From a virus: a stretch of 64,000 bases of DNA. The translations under genes and the position numbers were made by a program. Within the stretch, counting starts at the first letter, position 1. Each line of letters begins with the position of its first letter. Shown here in pieces: positions 9,212 through 18,502 of this stretch. The notes beneath the pieces are model-generated. The model was not told the origin of the DNA. It did not search any database and worked only from the letters and a program-made list of their open reading frames with translations. Where the stretch lies: positions 113,942 through 177,941 of the IMG/VR virus record IMGVR_UViG_3300032516_000004; one strand, written 5' to 3'.

Positions 9212-9681
9212 AAGTTTACTCCAGCTAACGCTATCTGATAGGCTTTGTGAATTGGTGGCCATTCCAATTCTATACCAACCTGACGCATGGTCTGGGTAAT
9301 ATTTACCCCCATGGCTTCAGGACAGGTAGTTATTCCATATAGGGTTGGATGTGTTCTGGTAGATAAAAATAATTTGATTTCGTTTTTCAATTGTTTTCTA
9401 GCGGTTCCTTGCCAGTATAAACAGTTAACTAGTTGTCGCCATGACCAATTTGGATGCTTTTGCTTCATCTTATTAACATGTTGTTCTAAATCAAAAATAT
9501 TATAAATAGCAAACACGTCATTTCTATGCGTGTCAAACATAGAATCATATACAGGCATATGTGGCGGGCAGGTAAGTTTCCTATTAAAATTTGGGCATCC
9601 CCGTGGATGTCCTGGATATGGCGCAGTACATAACCCGATAACATTTGGCTGTAAAATTGGTTTTATGGGCATAAATGGCAT
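9208..9681 (-). CDS. DUF2284-like metal-binding protein
   Basis: CPNF...CPP and CPEAMGVN pattern. Confidence 0.6.
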   Translation of the reverse strand: MPFMPIKPILQPNVIGLCTAPYPGHPRGCPNFNRKLTCPPHMPVYDSMFDTHRNDVFAIYNIFDLEQHVNKMKQKHPNWSWRQLVNCLYWQGTARKQLKNEIKLFLSTRTHPTLYGITTCPEAMGVNITQTMRQVGIELEWPPIHKAYQIALAGVNL

Positions 9682-9974
9682 TATGCTTTTACCACGATAT
9701 GGCACCCATCTTTTAAGTGGGCGTAAGATTCTTCGCGTAGTTTCAGATGATCTTTATAATTATTGATTGTAGCTTCTTCTTTTGTTGGCCAAAGGGCACG
9801 ATACCACCAAGTCAAAGTATCAGGGTCTACATCACGACCAAACTGCATATTAGCCATACCAAAAGACACCACGGCATCTCGAAAAGTTGTGCCATAGGCT
9901 TTTCCTGCTAGATGTACAGGACCGGGAGCATAACCACCGATGTCCTTGCTTACCCAGATTTCGTATTCCTTCAT
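9681..9974 (-). CDS. Hypothetical protein
   Basis: 97-aa coupled ORF. Confidence 0.5.
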   Translation of the reverse strand: MKEYEIWVSKDIGGYAPGPVHLAGKAYGTTFRDAVVSFGMANMQFGRDVDPDTLTWWYRALWPTKEEATINNYKDHLKLREESYAHLKDGCHIVVKA

Positions 9975-10017
9975 TTTTTGCTTTCTGGTTGTATAACCGG
10001 TTTTATGGGTATAAAGG

Positions 10018-10245
10018 TCATTTTAATGAGTTTCTAAACGCTTTCCATTGTTTGATCATATAGTTGGCAATTTCTAATCGCTCTTCAACGGTGAAGTGAT
10101 AGTCTCGATCCAAACAATCATCATATCCCGCCATAATTTTATCGATACGTCTAGGATTCATACATAACCCGATAGTATCTTCACAGGCTATAAGTTCCCG
10201 GTCAGAGCATTTAAGTTCAAAATTACCATTTTTAAGTAACTTCAT
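10018..10245 (-). CDS. Hypothetical protein
   Basis: 75-aa ORF with ATGA overlap. Confidence 0.5.
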   Translation of the reverse strand: MKLLKNGNFELKCSDRELIACEDTIGLCMNPRRIDKIMAGYDDCLDRDYHFTVEERLEIANYMIKQWKAFRNSLK

Positions 10246-10493
10246 GATTCTTCTCGTGGTGGAACTGGTGATAGTCCTTGTTCAGCTCTTCTCATACATA
10301 TTCGACAGATTCCAAGCCCCGTGTTATTGCGCCAGATTGAGTAAGCGGTTCCCTGGTCTCGATTCCAACCACGTCGGCACATTGGCCATCCGGGATCACT
10401 AAAAGTACCCCGATATAGGTGGGCTCTGAACCGTTCGTCGGCCCGATAATCTCGGTCTAGACCCGGCATATATTCTTGTCCACCAATAATCAT
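10242..10493 (-). CDS. Hypothetical protein with Cys motif
   Basis: 83 aa; MC...CRIC. Confidence 0.5.
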   Translation of the reverse strand: MIIGGQEYMPGLDRDYRADERFRAHLYRGTFSDPGWPMCRRGWNRDQGTAYSIWRNNTGLGICRICMRRAEQGLSPVPPREES

Positions 10494-10741
10494 TTACTAT
10501 CTATTGTGTGAATTCGTATTACAGAACCGTCGTGGCCATGTATTACTTGTGGATAACACTTTAAGCACAACATTTTACCATCTGAACCACGATACATTCC
10601 AGTTGCTGCTATCACACCATGAACAGGACATTTAATTAAGTGTTCTAACGCATGTCCAACAATTTCTTCCATATACCAACCAGTTACTTGGTCTTTATTA
10701 ACCAATTCACCATTACGAACCACGTATTTGGTGCCCTTCAT
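10490..10741 (-). CDS. Hypothetical Zn-ribbon protein
   Basis: CPVH...CLKC. Confidence 0.5.
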   Translation of the reverse strand: MKGTKYVVRNGELVNKDQVTGWYMEEIVGHALEHLIKCPVHGVIAATGMYRGSDGKMLCLKCYPQVIHGHDGSVIRIHTIDSK

Positions 10742-10774
10742 TTTACAATGCTCTTCAGTGCTTTTGAACTGTTC

Positions 10775-11002
10775 TCATTTTGTGACCCTGGTATTTATGT
10801 ATAGACCAATAATAAGCTGGTGATTTTTAAATCTTTGGTACGGCACTATCGTAGTATTTTCTGGTAGCATCCTGACCCCCAGATCATGAGACTGTGATAT
10901 TAAGTGTTGAATTCCTAGTTTTGCTGCCCGCCGAATTAGAATCTCTTCAGTTGATGGGTTTTCTAATTCCTTCTTAGTCATGTTTCTATATAGTAATCTC
11001 AT
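10775..11002 (-). CDS. Hypothetical protein
   Basis: 75-aa ORF, first gene of the minus-strand run. Confidence 0.4.
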   Translation of the reverse strand: MRLLYRNMTKKELENPSTEEILIRRAAKLGIQHLISQSHDLGVRMLPENTTIVPYQRFKNHQLIIGLYINTRVTK

Positions 11003-11019
11003 GTGGTGCCGGTTATTAT

Positions 11020-11247
11020 ATGACGGGTATGGAACCCTTCAAACTGACCCCTGAAGAGATTAATGAGTTTTTGTTGATAGAGGCCGATGAGCGATGGCTA
11101 CGCGCTGAACATGAAAAGCTAGCATTACGTAAGCAGAATATATTTCTAAAATTATCTTTTCGTGTGAAAACAGAATTGGATAATTGGGGAGTTGATTTGT
11201 CTCGGGGCATGTGTGTTCCACCATTGCAGAACAAAAATCAAGAGTGA
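11020..11247 (+). CDS. Hypothetical protein
   Basis: 75-aa ORF with helical, protein-like composition. Confidence 0.45.
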   Translation: MTGMEPFKLTPEEINEFLLIEADERWLRAEHEKLALRKQNIFLKLSFRVKTELDNWGVDLSRGMCVPPLQNKNQE

Positions 11248-11345
11248 CCATATTTCTGTGTTTTCATGCTAATATGACTATTTGCTGGTGCCAGTTATAA
11301 ATTCTTTGTTAGTACACATCATATAATCTCTACAGGAGAACAAAC

Positions 11346-13646
11346 GTGCAGCAAATGAGTGTGTCCGTGTCTGATGTAACGCTCAACATGATGAAGAAGA
11401 GGATTTTATTCAAAAAGGAAAATGGTGAACATGAAACACCATTAGATGCGTATAAAAGAGTCGCCAAATTTGTCGCTACCGGTCATCGAGTATTTACTGA
11501 CGATAAAGAAGCAAAGAAATTTGAAGAGAAGACGATAGAAATGATGGGTGAGGGTAAATTCATGCCCAACACACCCATCATAGTTAATGCTGGTTTCTCG
11601 AACGCTCAGTGCTCGGCATGTTTTATTTTGCCAACTGAAGACACATTACAGTCTATTTATCAGACCCACTACAATCAGGGGGTAATTCAAGCGAGTGGTG
11701 GGGGTACAGGTATTTATTTGGGTAATATTCGATCTGCTGGAACCAAGGCATCACATGATAGATTCGTCACCAAGGGACCGATTAGCTGGCTTAAGATGTT
11801 CAATGAGAATGCTAGCCATGTTGTGCAGGGAATGCGTGACGGTGCCAACATGGCAATGCTTAATATTGGACATCCAGACATAGTTGACTTTATTACATGT
11901 AAAAATTCTGGATACAAATTAATAGATGAGGAATTGGCTGAGCAATTTGAAGTTTCACTAGAAGAAGCAAAACGTATTAAGTCGATAATTGGTATTGAGA
12001 AATTTAATACCTCAGTATCTATTACAGACAAATTTATGAACGCAGTGGAGAATGATGAGGATTGGTATTTAGTAGATCCACACACCAAGAAGCGTGTGAA
12101 AAATATCAAAGCTAAAGAATTATGGGACCTTATTGTTAAGAATGCGCATCAACATGGTGAACCTGGAGTATTTTTTGTTGACACGGCTAATCGGTACAAT
12201 ATGTTATCTAATATAGCCAAGATGGAATGTACTAACCCTTGCGGTGAGATCAGTGGTATTCCTAACACATCATGCACCCTAGGCCATGTAAATCTTAGCA
12301 AGTTTGTGATTGAGAATAACGTGGCATCAAAAATCAATTGGGATGGTCTTGAAGACGCGGTTCGATTTGGCACTCAATTCTTGGATGATGTGGTAGAAGT
12401 TAATCACCTACCAACTCCACAATTGGTTGAAATGAATAAGAATTCACGGCAAATTGGGCTGGGAATCATGGGGTGGGCTGACACGCTAATTAAACTTAGC
12501 ACGGCATATGATTCTGACCTTGCTATAGCTAAAGCTAATGAGATTGGAAAATTTATAGATGGGATATCTATGGATGAATGTCAACGATTAGGTAAGGACC
12601 GTGGTAACTATCCATATTTTGATGGTTCCCCAATGCAAAAGTCAGGCGTTAAACATATGCGGTGTGCTAATCGTACCACGATTGCGCCCACGGGTCAGAC
12701 ATCTATGTACGTTGGGTGCTCGTCGGGCATCGAGCCCATTATGTTTCCAATTATGAGGAGAGAACAAGCTGGAATGGTGCAAGTTGATTACCATCCGATC
12801 CTCATGCAGACTCTTAAAGATCGTGGTCTTGATACTCAGGAGATTAAAGATAAACTTGGTATTTTGGGGTCAGTTAGGAAGGCAGAATTCTTGCCTGAGG
12901 ACATTAGGAATCTGTTCCCATCAGCTCATGATATTGATTACACGTGGCATGTCAAACACCAGGCCACTTGGCAGCGACATATTACTTCGGCGGTATCGAA
13001 GACCATTAATTTACCGAAAGATGCTCCAGTCGATGATGTGTCGAACGCATATTTGCTGGCGTTTAAGAGTGGGTGTAAGGGGATCACCGTTTATCGAGAT
13101 GGATCCAGAACCGGTCAACCACTATCTTCTATGAAAGAGACCAAGAAGCTCGTTAAATCAAAGAATAAGCGTAGTGAAGTAACACATGGTACTAATCGGA
13201 AGATCCCCTGTGGGTGTGGTAATATCATGGCCTTCATAGGCGGTCAAGATGGTAAAGTTGAAGAGATAATTGCCCGTTTGGGTCGTGGTGGGTCATGTAG
13301 TTCCGCTCAAGTTGAGGCAATTAGTAGAATGGCCTCAATAGCAATGCAACACGGCGCAAATCCAGAATATGTTGCTAAACAGCTTGGCTCTATAAGATGT
13401 CATTTAAATGTTCTTTACAAGTCTAAATATACAGGAGATCGACCACGCACAATCACCTCATGCAGTGACGCCATGTCGGTTGCTTTATCAGAGCACATGC
13501 TGAATGGTACCGGTAATAAATTAGAAAAAGTTGACGCCATGGCCTATCATGCAGGCGCGTGTCCAGATTGTGGTGGGCAAGTTGCTTATGAAGAAGGCTG
13601 CATTAAATGTTATTCACCATCCTGTGGATATTCTAGATGTGGATGA
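11346..13646 (+). CDS. nrdJ: Class II (B12-dependent) ribonucleotide reductase with C-terminal TSCPD/Zn-ribbon domain
   Basis: MPNTP..NAG, SACF, TNPCGE, CTLG, TIAPTG and TSCSDA motifs; C-terminal CPDCG...C; no beta-subunit gene nearby. Confidence 0.9.
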   Translation: MQQMSVSVSDVTLNMMKKRILFKKENGEHETPLDAYKRVAKFVATGHRVFTDDKEAKKFEEKTIEMMGEGKFMPNTPIIVNAGFSNAQCSACFILPTEDTLQSIYQTHYNQGVIQASGGGTGIYLGNIRSAGTKASHDRFVTKGPISWLKMFNENASHVVQGMRDGANMAMLNIGHPDIVDFITCKNSGYKLIDEELAEQFEVSLEEAKRIKSIIGIEKFNTSVSITDKFMNAVENDEDWYLVDPHTKKRVKNIKAKELWDLIVKNAHQHGEPGVFFVDTANRYNMLSNIAKMECTNPCGEISGIPNTSCTLGHVNLSKFVIENNVASKINWDGLEDAVRFGTQFLDDVVEVNHLPTPQLVEMNKNSRQIGLGIMGWADTLIKLSTAYDSDLAIAKANEIGKFIDGISMDECQRLGKDRGNYPYFDGSPMQKSGVKHMRCANRTTIAPTGQTSMYVGCSSGIEPIMFPIMRREQAGMVQVDYHPILMQTLKDRGLDTQEIKDKLGILGSVRKAEFLPEDIRNLFPSAHDIDYTWHVKHQATWQRHITSAVSKTINLPKDAPVDDVSNAYLLAFKSGCKGITVYRDGSRTGQPLSSMKETKKLVKSKNKRSEVTHGTNRKIPCGCGNIMAFIGGQDGKVEEIIARLGRGGSCSSAQVEAISRMASIAMQHGANPEYVAKQLGSIRCHLNVLYKSKYTGDRPRTITSCSDAMSVALSEHMLNGTGNKLEKVDAMAYHAGACPDCGGQVAYEEGCIKCYSPSCGYSRCG

Positions 13647-13690
13647 AATATGTGTAAATGTATTAATGTATCGAAAAGTATACGCCAACA

Positions 13691-13720
13691 TTGACGAATA
13701 TAGCCATAATATATTATAAT
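13691..13720 (+). promoter_or_regulatory. Sigma70-like promoter upstream of the HNH gene
   Basis: TTGACG-N18-TATAAT. Confidence 0.55.
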
Positions 13721-13727
13721 TGTTTAT

Positions 13728-14555
13728 ATGATAATGAAATGTCGTGAATGTGGTATAGAATTTGTGGCCAATCCAATATTAAAGGGGAAACGGCGTAAAC
13801 GTAAAGCATATTGTTTTAAATGCCTACCTTTACACGCAACTAGACAGGACCAATTAAAAATAGCCAGTTTTTGTGGGAGACATTTAAATCCGATAGTTAG
13901 ATGTATTATATGTAATAAGGATTTTTTAAGATCAACCAAAATTAGTAATAAAATGGTTCGTAGAATCAGATATTGTCTAAAGTGTGTTCCGGCCAATTTA
14001 AGTAATAACGATAAATATGATTTAACCATTAAATACCTACCACAATTAAACAATGAAACTTTTAAATGTTTAAATTGTGGTAAAGAGTGTAGGGTTCATA
14101 CTTATATTAATGGTAAAAGATATACGAGACGTAAATATTGCCCTGAATGTTTAACTAGAAATCAAAGCCATTATAAGTATTCTTCGTTTAATGGTAAAGA
14201 AATGATGTGTCGATATTGTGGTAAAAAATTTATATTTAAAACCAATGCGCATAATACATCAGTAAAATGTGTGAAATGTTTTTGGAAACAAAGACTAAGT
14301 GCAATAAAGAAAAAAGCTGTTAAAGATAGGGGCGGAGAGTGTCAACTGTGTGGATATAAAAAACATAATTGCGCACTGGTGTTACATCATGTTGATCCTA
14401 GTAAGAAAGATATTAATTTTCACCATATAAATAGTTGGTCTAAGTTTAAGAAAGAAATTAAAAAATGTATCTTATTATGTTTTAACTGTCATCAGGAATT
14501 TCATAATGGCAGGATTAAGATACCTAAAAGAATCATAAAAAAGTGGATTAAATAG
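13728..14555 (+). CDS. HNH homing endonuclease with several N-terminal CxxC Zn ribbons
   Basis: CQLCG...LVLHHVDP...KCILLCFNCHQEFH; very AT-rich. Confidence 0.85.
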   Translation: MIMKCRECGIEFVANPILKGKRRKRKAYCFKCLPLHATRQDQLKIASFCGRHLNPIVRCIICNKDFLRSTKISNKMVRRIRYCLKCVPANLSNNDKYDLTIKYLPQLNNETFKCLNCGKECRVHTYINGKRYTRRKYCPECLTRNQSHYKYSSFNGKEMMCRYCGKKFIFKTNAHNTSVKCVKCFWKQRLSAIKKKAVKDRGGECQLCGYKKHNCALVLHHVDPSKKDINFHHINSWSKFKKEIKKCILLCFNCHQEFHNGRIKIPKRIIKKWIK

Positions 14556-14602
14556 TAGTTGTCAGCCAGTAAATTTTGTGATACAATTCTCGTCACAATA
14601 AG

Positions 14603-15082
14603 ATGTCACGAGAAATTGAACTTACCCGTGGTCTCACTACCGTTGTTGATGATGATGATTATGACTGGTTGTCGGACATGGAATTTTATACACAAGTTGA
14701 TGAGCGGGGCAAAACATACGCCGCCACATCAATTCTCGGAGACATTGTTTATCTTCACAGGCTTTTGACCGACACTGAAGATGGCGATGTGGTGGTAGAT
14801 CATCGGAATGGTGACACTCTAGATAATCGTCGTGATAATCTTATAGTTAGTAGTTATCAAGAAAATGCGATGAACAAGTCCAAGACGAAGCATCATCGTA
14901 GTTCCAAATTCAAGGGTGTAACCAAGATGAAGAATGGGCGTTGGAAAGCCCATGTGGGGATTGATGATCGGGATATTCATCTCGGATATTTTGATACTGA
15001 AGAAGAAGCAGCTAGGGCATATGATGAAGCTGCTAAAGATAAATTTGGTGATCGTGCGAAACTAAATTTTCCAGAAGGATAA
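14603..15082 (+). CDS. HNH-AP2 homing endonuclease
   Basis: VDHRNGDTLDNRRDNL followed by an AP2 domain (SSKFKGV...WKA...HLGYFDTEEEAARAYD). Confidence 0.9.
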   Translation: MSREIELTRGLTTVVDDDDYDWLSDMEFYTQVDERGKTYAATSILGDIVYLHRLLTDTEDGDVVVDHRNGDTLDNRRDNLIVSSYQENAMNKSKTKHHRSSKFKGVTKMKNGRWKAHVGIDDRDIHLGYFDTEEEAARAYDEAAKDKFGDRAKLNFPEG

Positions 15083-15086
15083 TAGA

Positions 15087-15323
15087 ATGCGTCTTTTGAT
15101 GTTTACCAGGAATGGAACTAAGAAGCTAAATACACCACCAGGATTAGATTTTCATCACATACCGTTTGAATCAAATAGGCTGTCAGATCTTCTCGACATA
15201 GCACGGCATCGGGTTATTAACTTCCCAACATCTATTCTGCTTAATGATAGAGGGAAGATTGTTTTACGTGTTAGGGGTATGCCTTCTAATACTATGTTGC
15301 AGCACGCGATGCAAAACCAATAA
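15087..15323 (+). CDS. Small thioredoxin-fold-like protein without CxxC
   Basis: HRVINFPTSILLNDRGKIVLRVRG resembles the C-terminal half of thioredoxin. Confidence 0.4.
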   Translation: MRLLMFTRNGTKKLNTPPGLDFHHIPFESNRLSDLLDIARHRVINFPTSILLNDRGKIVLRVRGMPSNTMLQHAMQNQ

Positions 15324-15382
15324 ACCCATATATATTTAGTGTTATACTGGGTTAACTAGCACTCTATTTACAGGAGAGTAAA

Positions 15383-16792
15383 ATGGTTAATAAATGTGTT
15401 GATATTGTGGTTGGATTGCAGGGTGGTTCAGAAGCAAAGGGAAAGTTAATTACTGCACTCCAGGATGTTTCATATAAAGCCATATGTCGTTCGGGCTCAA
15501 CTAATGCATCTCATGGTGTTGTATTTAATGGAAATAAGATTTTCTTTCATCAATTTCCGTGTGGTTGTCTACATTTTCCTAAAGCTAAAATTATTTTAAC
15601 TGGAAATGCACAAATTGATCACGAATATTTGAATAAGGAAATTCAGATTTTAAAGGATAACAATCGTTGGCTTGATGAAAATGGTAAACCGCGATTGATT
15701 ATTGATCCCAATGCCACCATTATTGATTCTGTTGATAAAATGGCTGAGAATGGTGGTCGTATGCCAGATTGCGGTGAGCTTTACTATCATCCTCGTGATT
15801 GTACGGTTCATAATCTTGCACATGATCGTCAAGCTGGTGATGAAAAGGCCTGGACTAAGGTTGCTGGTACATGTGTTGGGTGTCCCAAATTACCAGCTGA
15901 TAGCGCTTGGGCTAAATTAGGTAGTACAACACACGGTGGTGGTGCTAATTCGATTAGAAAGATTACGCGTGGCACCAAAATGGCAATTATGCTTGGTCAG
16001 GAATTTGATCTGGCTAAGTATTTTAGAAGTAAACTTCCAGAAGACGCTACCAATGACGAAATTCAAGAATTTATTCTTGAGACTGTAAATAATGGACCGA
16101 TTAGAGATTGGGCTCCTGCCGTTGAGGCGTCTCCAGTAAGATTTGCGTCTGACGATCAAGTAATCAAACCATTTATTGGAGACACAGTAGATATTTTAAA
16201 TAGAATGATTGATCATAATGAATCAATATTACTAGAGGGAACACAAGGATCTATTTTGTCTCTACACTTTGGCCCACAAGGGAAGACCACTAGTCGAGAT
16301 ACCAACGCATCCAATTGGGTGATGGAGGCTGGTATTAGCCCGCTAGCAGTACGTGATATTTATGGGGTATGTAGAACATTTCCCATTCGTGTTTTTGGTG
16401 ATTCAGGGCCGATGCCTGGTACAGAGATTACTTGGGAAGAAGTCACTAAGTTTTCTGGTTCACCAGAACCAATTGTAGAGTTAACGAGTGCAACCAAGAG
16501 AAAGAGACGTGTTTCTACGTTTGGAGAAGAGTCATTTAGACGTGCATTAGATCTTAATCGCCCCACCAAATTGATGCTGTCTTTTGTGGACTATCTAAAT
16601 TATGAAGATAAAGATAAGTCTTCTTGGGACAGCCTAACACAGAAAACGAGAGATTGGATTACCGTCTTGGAAACCAAGATGGGTATTTTCTTCAATTATT
16701 TGTCAACAGGCCCAGCACCGGAGCACACTATTATTCGTAAGTCGCCTGGTGAATTGGCGGTCCAAGCTCAGATTGGGCGGCAAACCCTGTAA
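15383..16792 (+). CDS. purZ: PurZ/PurZ0-like 2-amino-adenylosuccinate synthetase (PurA superfamily)
   Basis: GLQGGSEAKGK has Ser in place of the PurA catalytic Asp; also GST, EGTQG, TSRD, RTFPIRV, GDSGP, TKRKRRV and SFVDY. Confidence 0.7.
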   Translation: MVNKCVDIVVGLQGGSEAKGKLITALQDVSYKAICRSGSTNASHGVVFNGNKIFFHQFPCGCLHFPKAKIILTGNAQIDHEYLNKEIQILKDNNRWLDENGKPRLIIDPNATIIDSVDKMAENGGRMPDCGELYYHPRDCTVHNLAHDRQAGDEKAWTKVAGTCVGCPKLPADSAWAKLGSTTHGGGANSIRKITRGTKMAIMLGQEFDLAKYFRSKLPEDATNDEIQEFILETVNNGPIRDWAPAVEASPVRFASDDQVIKPFIGDTVDILNRMIDHNESILLEGTQGSILSLHFGPQGKTTSRDTNASNWVMEAGISPLAVRDIYGVCRTFPIRVFGDSGPMPGTEITWEEVTKFSGSPEPIVELTSATKRKRRVSTFGEESFRRALDLNRPTKLMLSFVDYLNYEDKDKSSWDSLTQKTRDWITVLETKMGIFFNYLSTGPAPEHTIIRKSPGELAVQAQIGRQTL

Positions 16793-16806
16793 TCAGGAGA
16801 GAAATC

Positions 16807-16980
16807 ATGAAAAAGAAAAGTAAACGATCCGAAAGTAGTGTAACCTTAGAAATGCATGAAATTGAGTTGGAATTGTATAGATTAAAACTACATATAACTA
16901 ATAAATTATATACGGAAGTAGTAAATCAAGGTAATAAAATTACAATTGAACGATACCTTGCTTTACTAGCAACACTATAG
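16807..16980 (+). CDS. Small hypothetical protein (57 aa)
   Basis: Read manually; AGGAG RBS. Confidence 0.5.
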   Translation: MKKKSKRSESSVTLEMHEIELELYRLKLHITNKLYTEVVNQGNKITIERYLALLATL

Positions 16981-17129
16981 TGGACGCTAATATCTTTTTA
17001 TATTTTGGTTGTGGTATTATGCTGGTCATGATACTTATGTGGCTTTATGGAAAAGTTGGATGTACTCAAGATTGCAGTCATGCCAAGCGTTTACGAAATC
17101 GCACTCGATTTACACAAGGAGTAGTCACG

Positions 17130-17432
17130 ATGATAGAAACCACTGAAATAGAGCGCGAGTATCTTCAACGACTGTACGCGAGCCTTCAATCTCTGGTTGA
17201 ATTGCAAATAACCTCCAGGTTGGTGCATGAAGTCGAAGAATTGTCACGCAGCACATTGGTTGCGCTTAAAGCGTCTGGTGAGCTTCGCACCTTTGATGAC
17301 CTTAGTGTAACAGTGGACGATATTCGTCATTACATATGCATCACTCCAGTAAAGCATCATGACTTGGGCATCCATCTTCTCTCGGGTGATGCACGTCTCT
17401 TGAAAATGAAGGAGAACAATTATGAATCGTGA
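17130..17432 (+). CDS. Hypothetical protein
   Basis: Start moved to ATG 17130, behind AAGGAG. Confidence 0.5.
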   Translation: MIETTEIEREYLQRLYASLQSLVELQITSRLVHEVEELSRSTLVALKASGELRTFDDLSVTVDDIRHYICITPVKHHDLGIHLLSGDARLLKMKENNYES

Positions 17433-17573
17433 CGAACTTCTGGCAGGGCTCAAGGATACGATAGACCGCATCCGACCGATGGGGATTGTGGTCTCATTTG
17501 TGAGGTACAGCACATAAAAGGAGTTGATATCATGACGAAGCGATGGCGAGTGGTGATGTCGTAGCCATGAGGG

Positions 17574-17780
17574 ATGCAATTGGGTGATGTAAAAATTCTT
17601 ATGGGTGAAGATGAACAACATCGACCAGTACCCTGTTTTAAGATGTTCAATATTCATGATTCTAAGGATGTAAGACTTATAGAATATGATATTTCAATCA
17701 AACATTTCATGGCGGAGTGTGAACGACTAACTGATGATGAAATTGCAATACTAGTTGCTAATATTGTACTCAATGCGTAA
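17574..17780 (+). CDS. Hypothetical protein
   Basis: 68 aa; GAGGG RBS. Confidence 0.45.
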   Translation: MQLGDVKILMGEDEQHRPVPCFKMFNIHDSKDVRLIEYDISIKHFMAECERLTDDEIAILVANIVLNA

Positions 17781-17997
17781 TCAAGAAGCTGAGGCAAATG
17801 CGTTTGCTATGGAATTGTTGATGCCATCTAATATGGTAAAGGAGGCTCTCAAACGATTATATAGTCGTCATCCGGACATTATGGATGATCAAGTAATTCA
17901 GGTGTTGGCTCGGAAGTTTGCGGTCCAGGAATATCTGATGACATTACGTCTACATCAGCTGGGCGCATTCAAGGATATAAATGCCAATGTGCTCTAG
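17773..17997 (+). CDS. C-terminal fragment of an ImmA/IrrE (DUF955) metallopeptidase-like domain
   Basis: EAEANAFAMELLMP...LARKFAV...RL; no HExxH segment. Confidence 0.55.
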   Translation: MRNQEAEANAFAMELLMPSNMVKEALKRLYSRHPDIMDDQVIQVLARKFAVQEYLMTLRLHQLGAFKDINANVL

Positions 17998-18193
17998 CTA
18001 CCAACATGTAGAAAATAAGGTTGATAAAATTAGCATGCTTGAATACGTACGGATATTGAAACAAAGCTGTGATGAGGATCCAGGTAATGAGGCATGTCAT
18101 ACATGTGCTCTCAGGAAAGACCATCGTAAGCTATTAATTTTCTTAGAAAAGGTATGCGTGTTATTTGAGTCTGCCATCGTGTATACCCCATAA
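17981..18193 (+). CDS. Hypothetical protein
   Basis: 70-aa ORF. Confidence 0.35.
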   Translation: MPMCSSYQHVENKVDKISMLEYVRILKQSCDEDPGNEACHTCALRKDHRKLLIFLEKVCVLFESAIVYTP

Positions 18194-18217
18194 ATTTGTC
18201 AGATGATTGTGTTATAG

Positions 18218-18493
18218 TTGGTCATGCATAAGGTGACTATTAAACGAACATTTAATATTGGGAACTTTGAGTCATTGTCTCTTGAGTGGACAGGCGAACA
18301 TGAAGATGTCAACAAGGCTAGATTATTGGCTAATCGACAAATATTGGAGATTGTGCAGCGGGATCTTATTAGGATTATACATTCTAGGGAAGCAGCGGGA
18401 GTTACCACTCCGATAATTTATGAAACTCAGAACCATTTATGGTATCAGTTGTCATTAGAGCTTGATGGTATTAATCAGGAACTCAATCATTAG
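18218..18493 (+). CDS. Hypothetical protein
   Basis: 91 aa; RTFNIGNFESLSLE is a conserved-looking phage motif. Confidence 0.5.
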   Translation: MVMHKVTIKRTFNIGNFESLSLEWTGEHEDVNKARLLANRQILEIVQRDLIRIIHSREAAGVTTPIIYETQNHLWYQLSLELDGINQELNH

Positions 18494-18502
18494 GAGACAG
18501 CC

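Noticed and set aside
11286-11298. TGGCAC as a sigma54 -24 element
   Set aside because: No TTGC at the -12 position in any occurrence.
11346-13646. Intein or intron in nrdJ, recA or the helicases
   Set aside because: Lengths are ordinary and no C...HN/S splicing motifs were seen.
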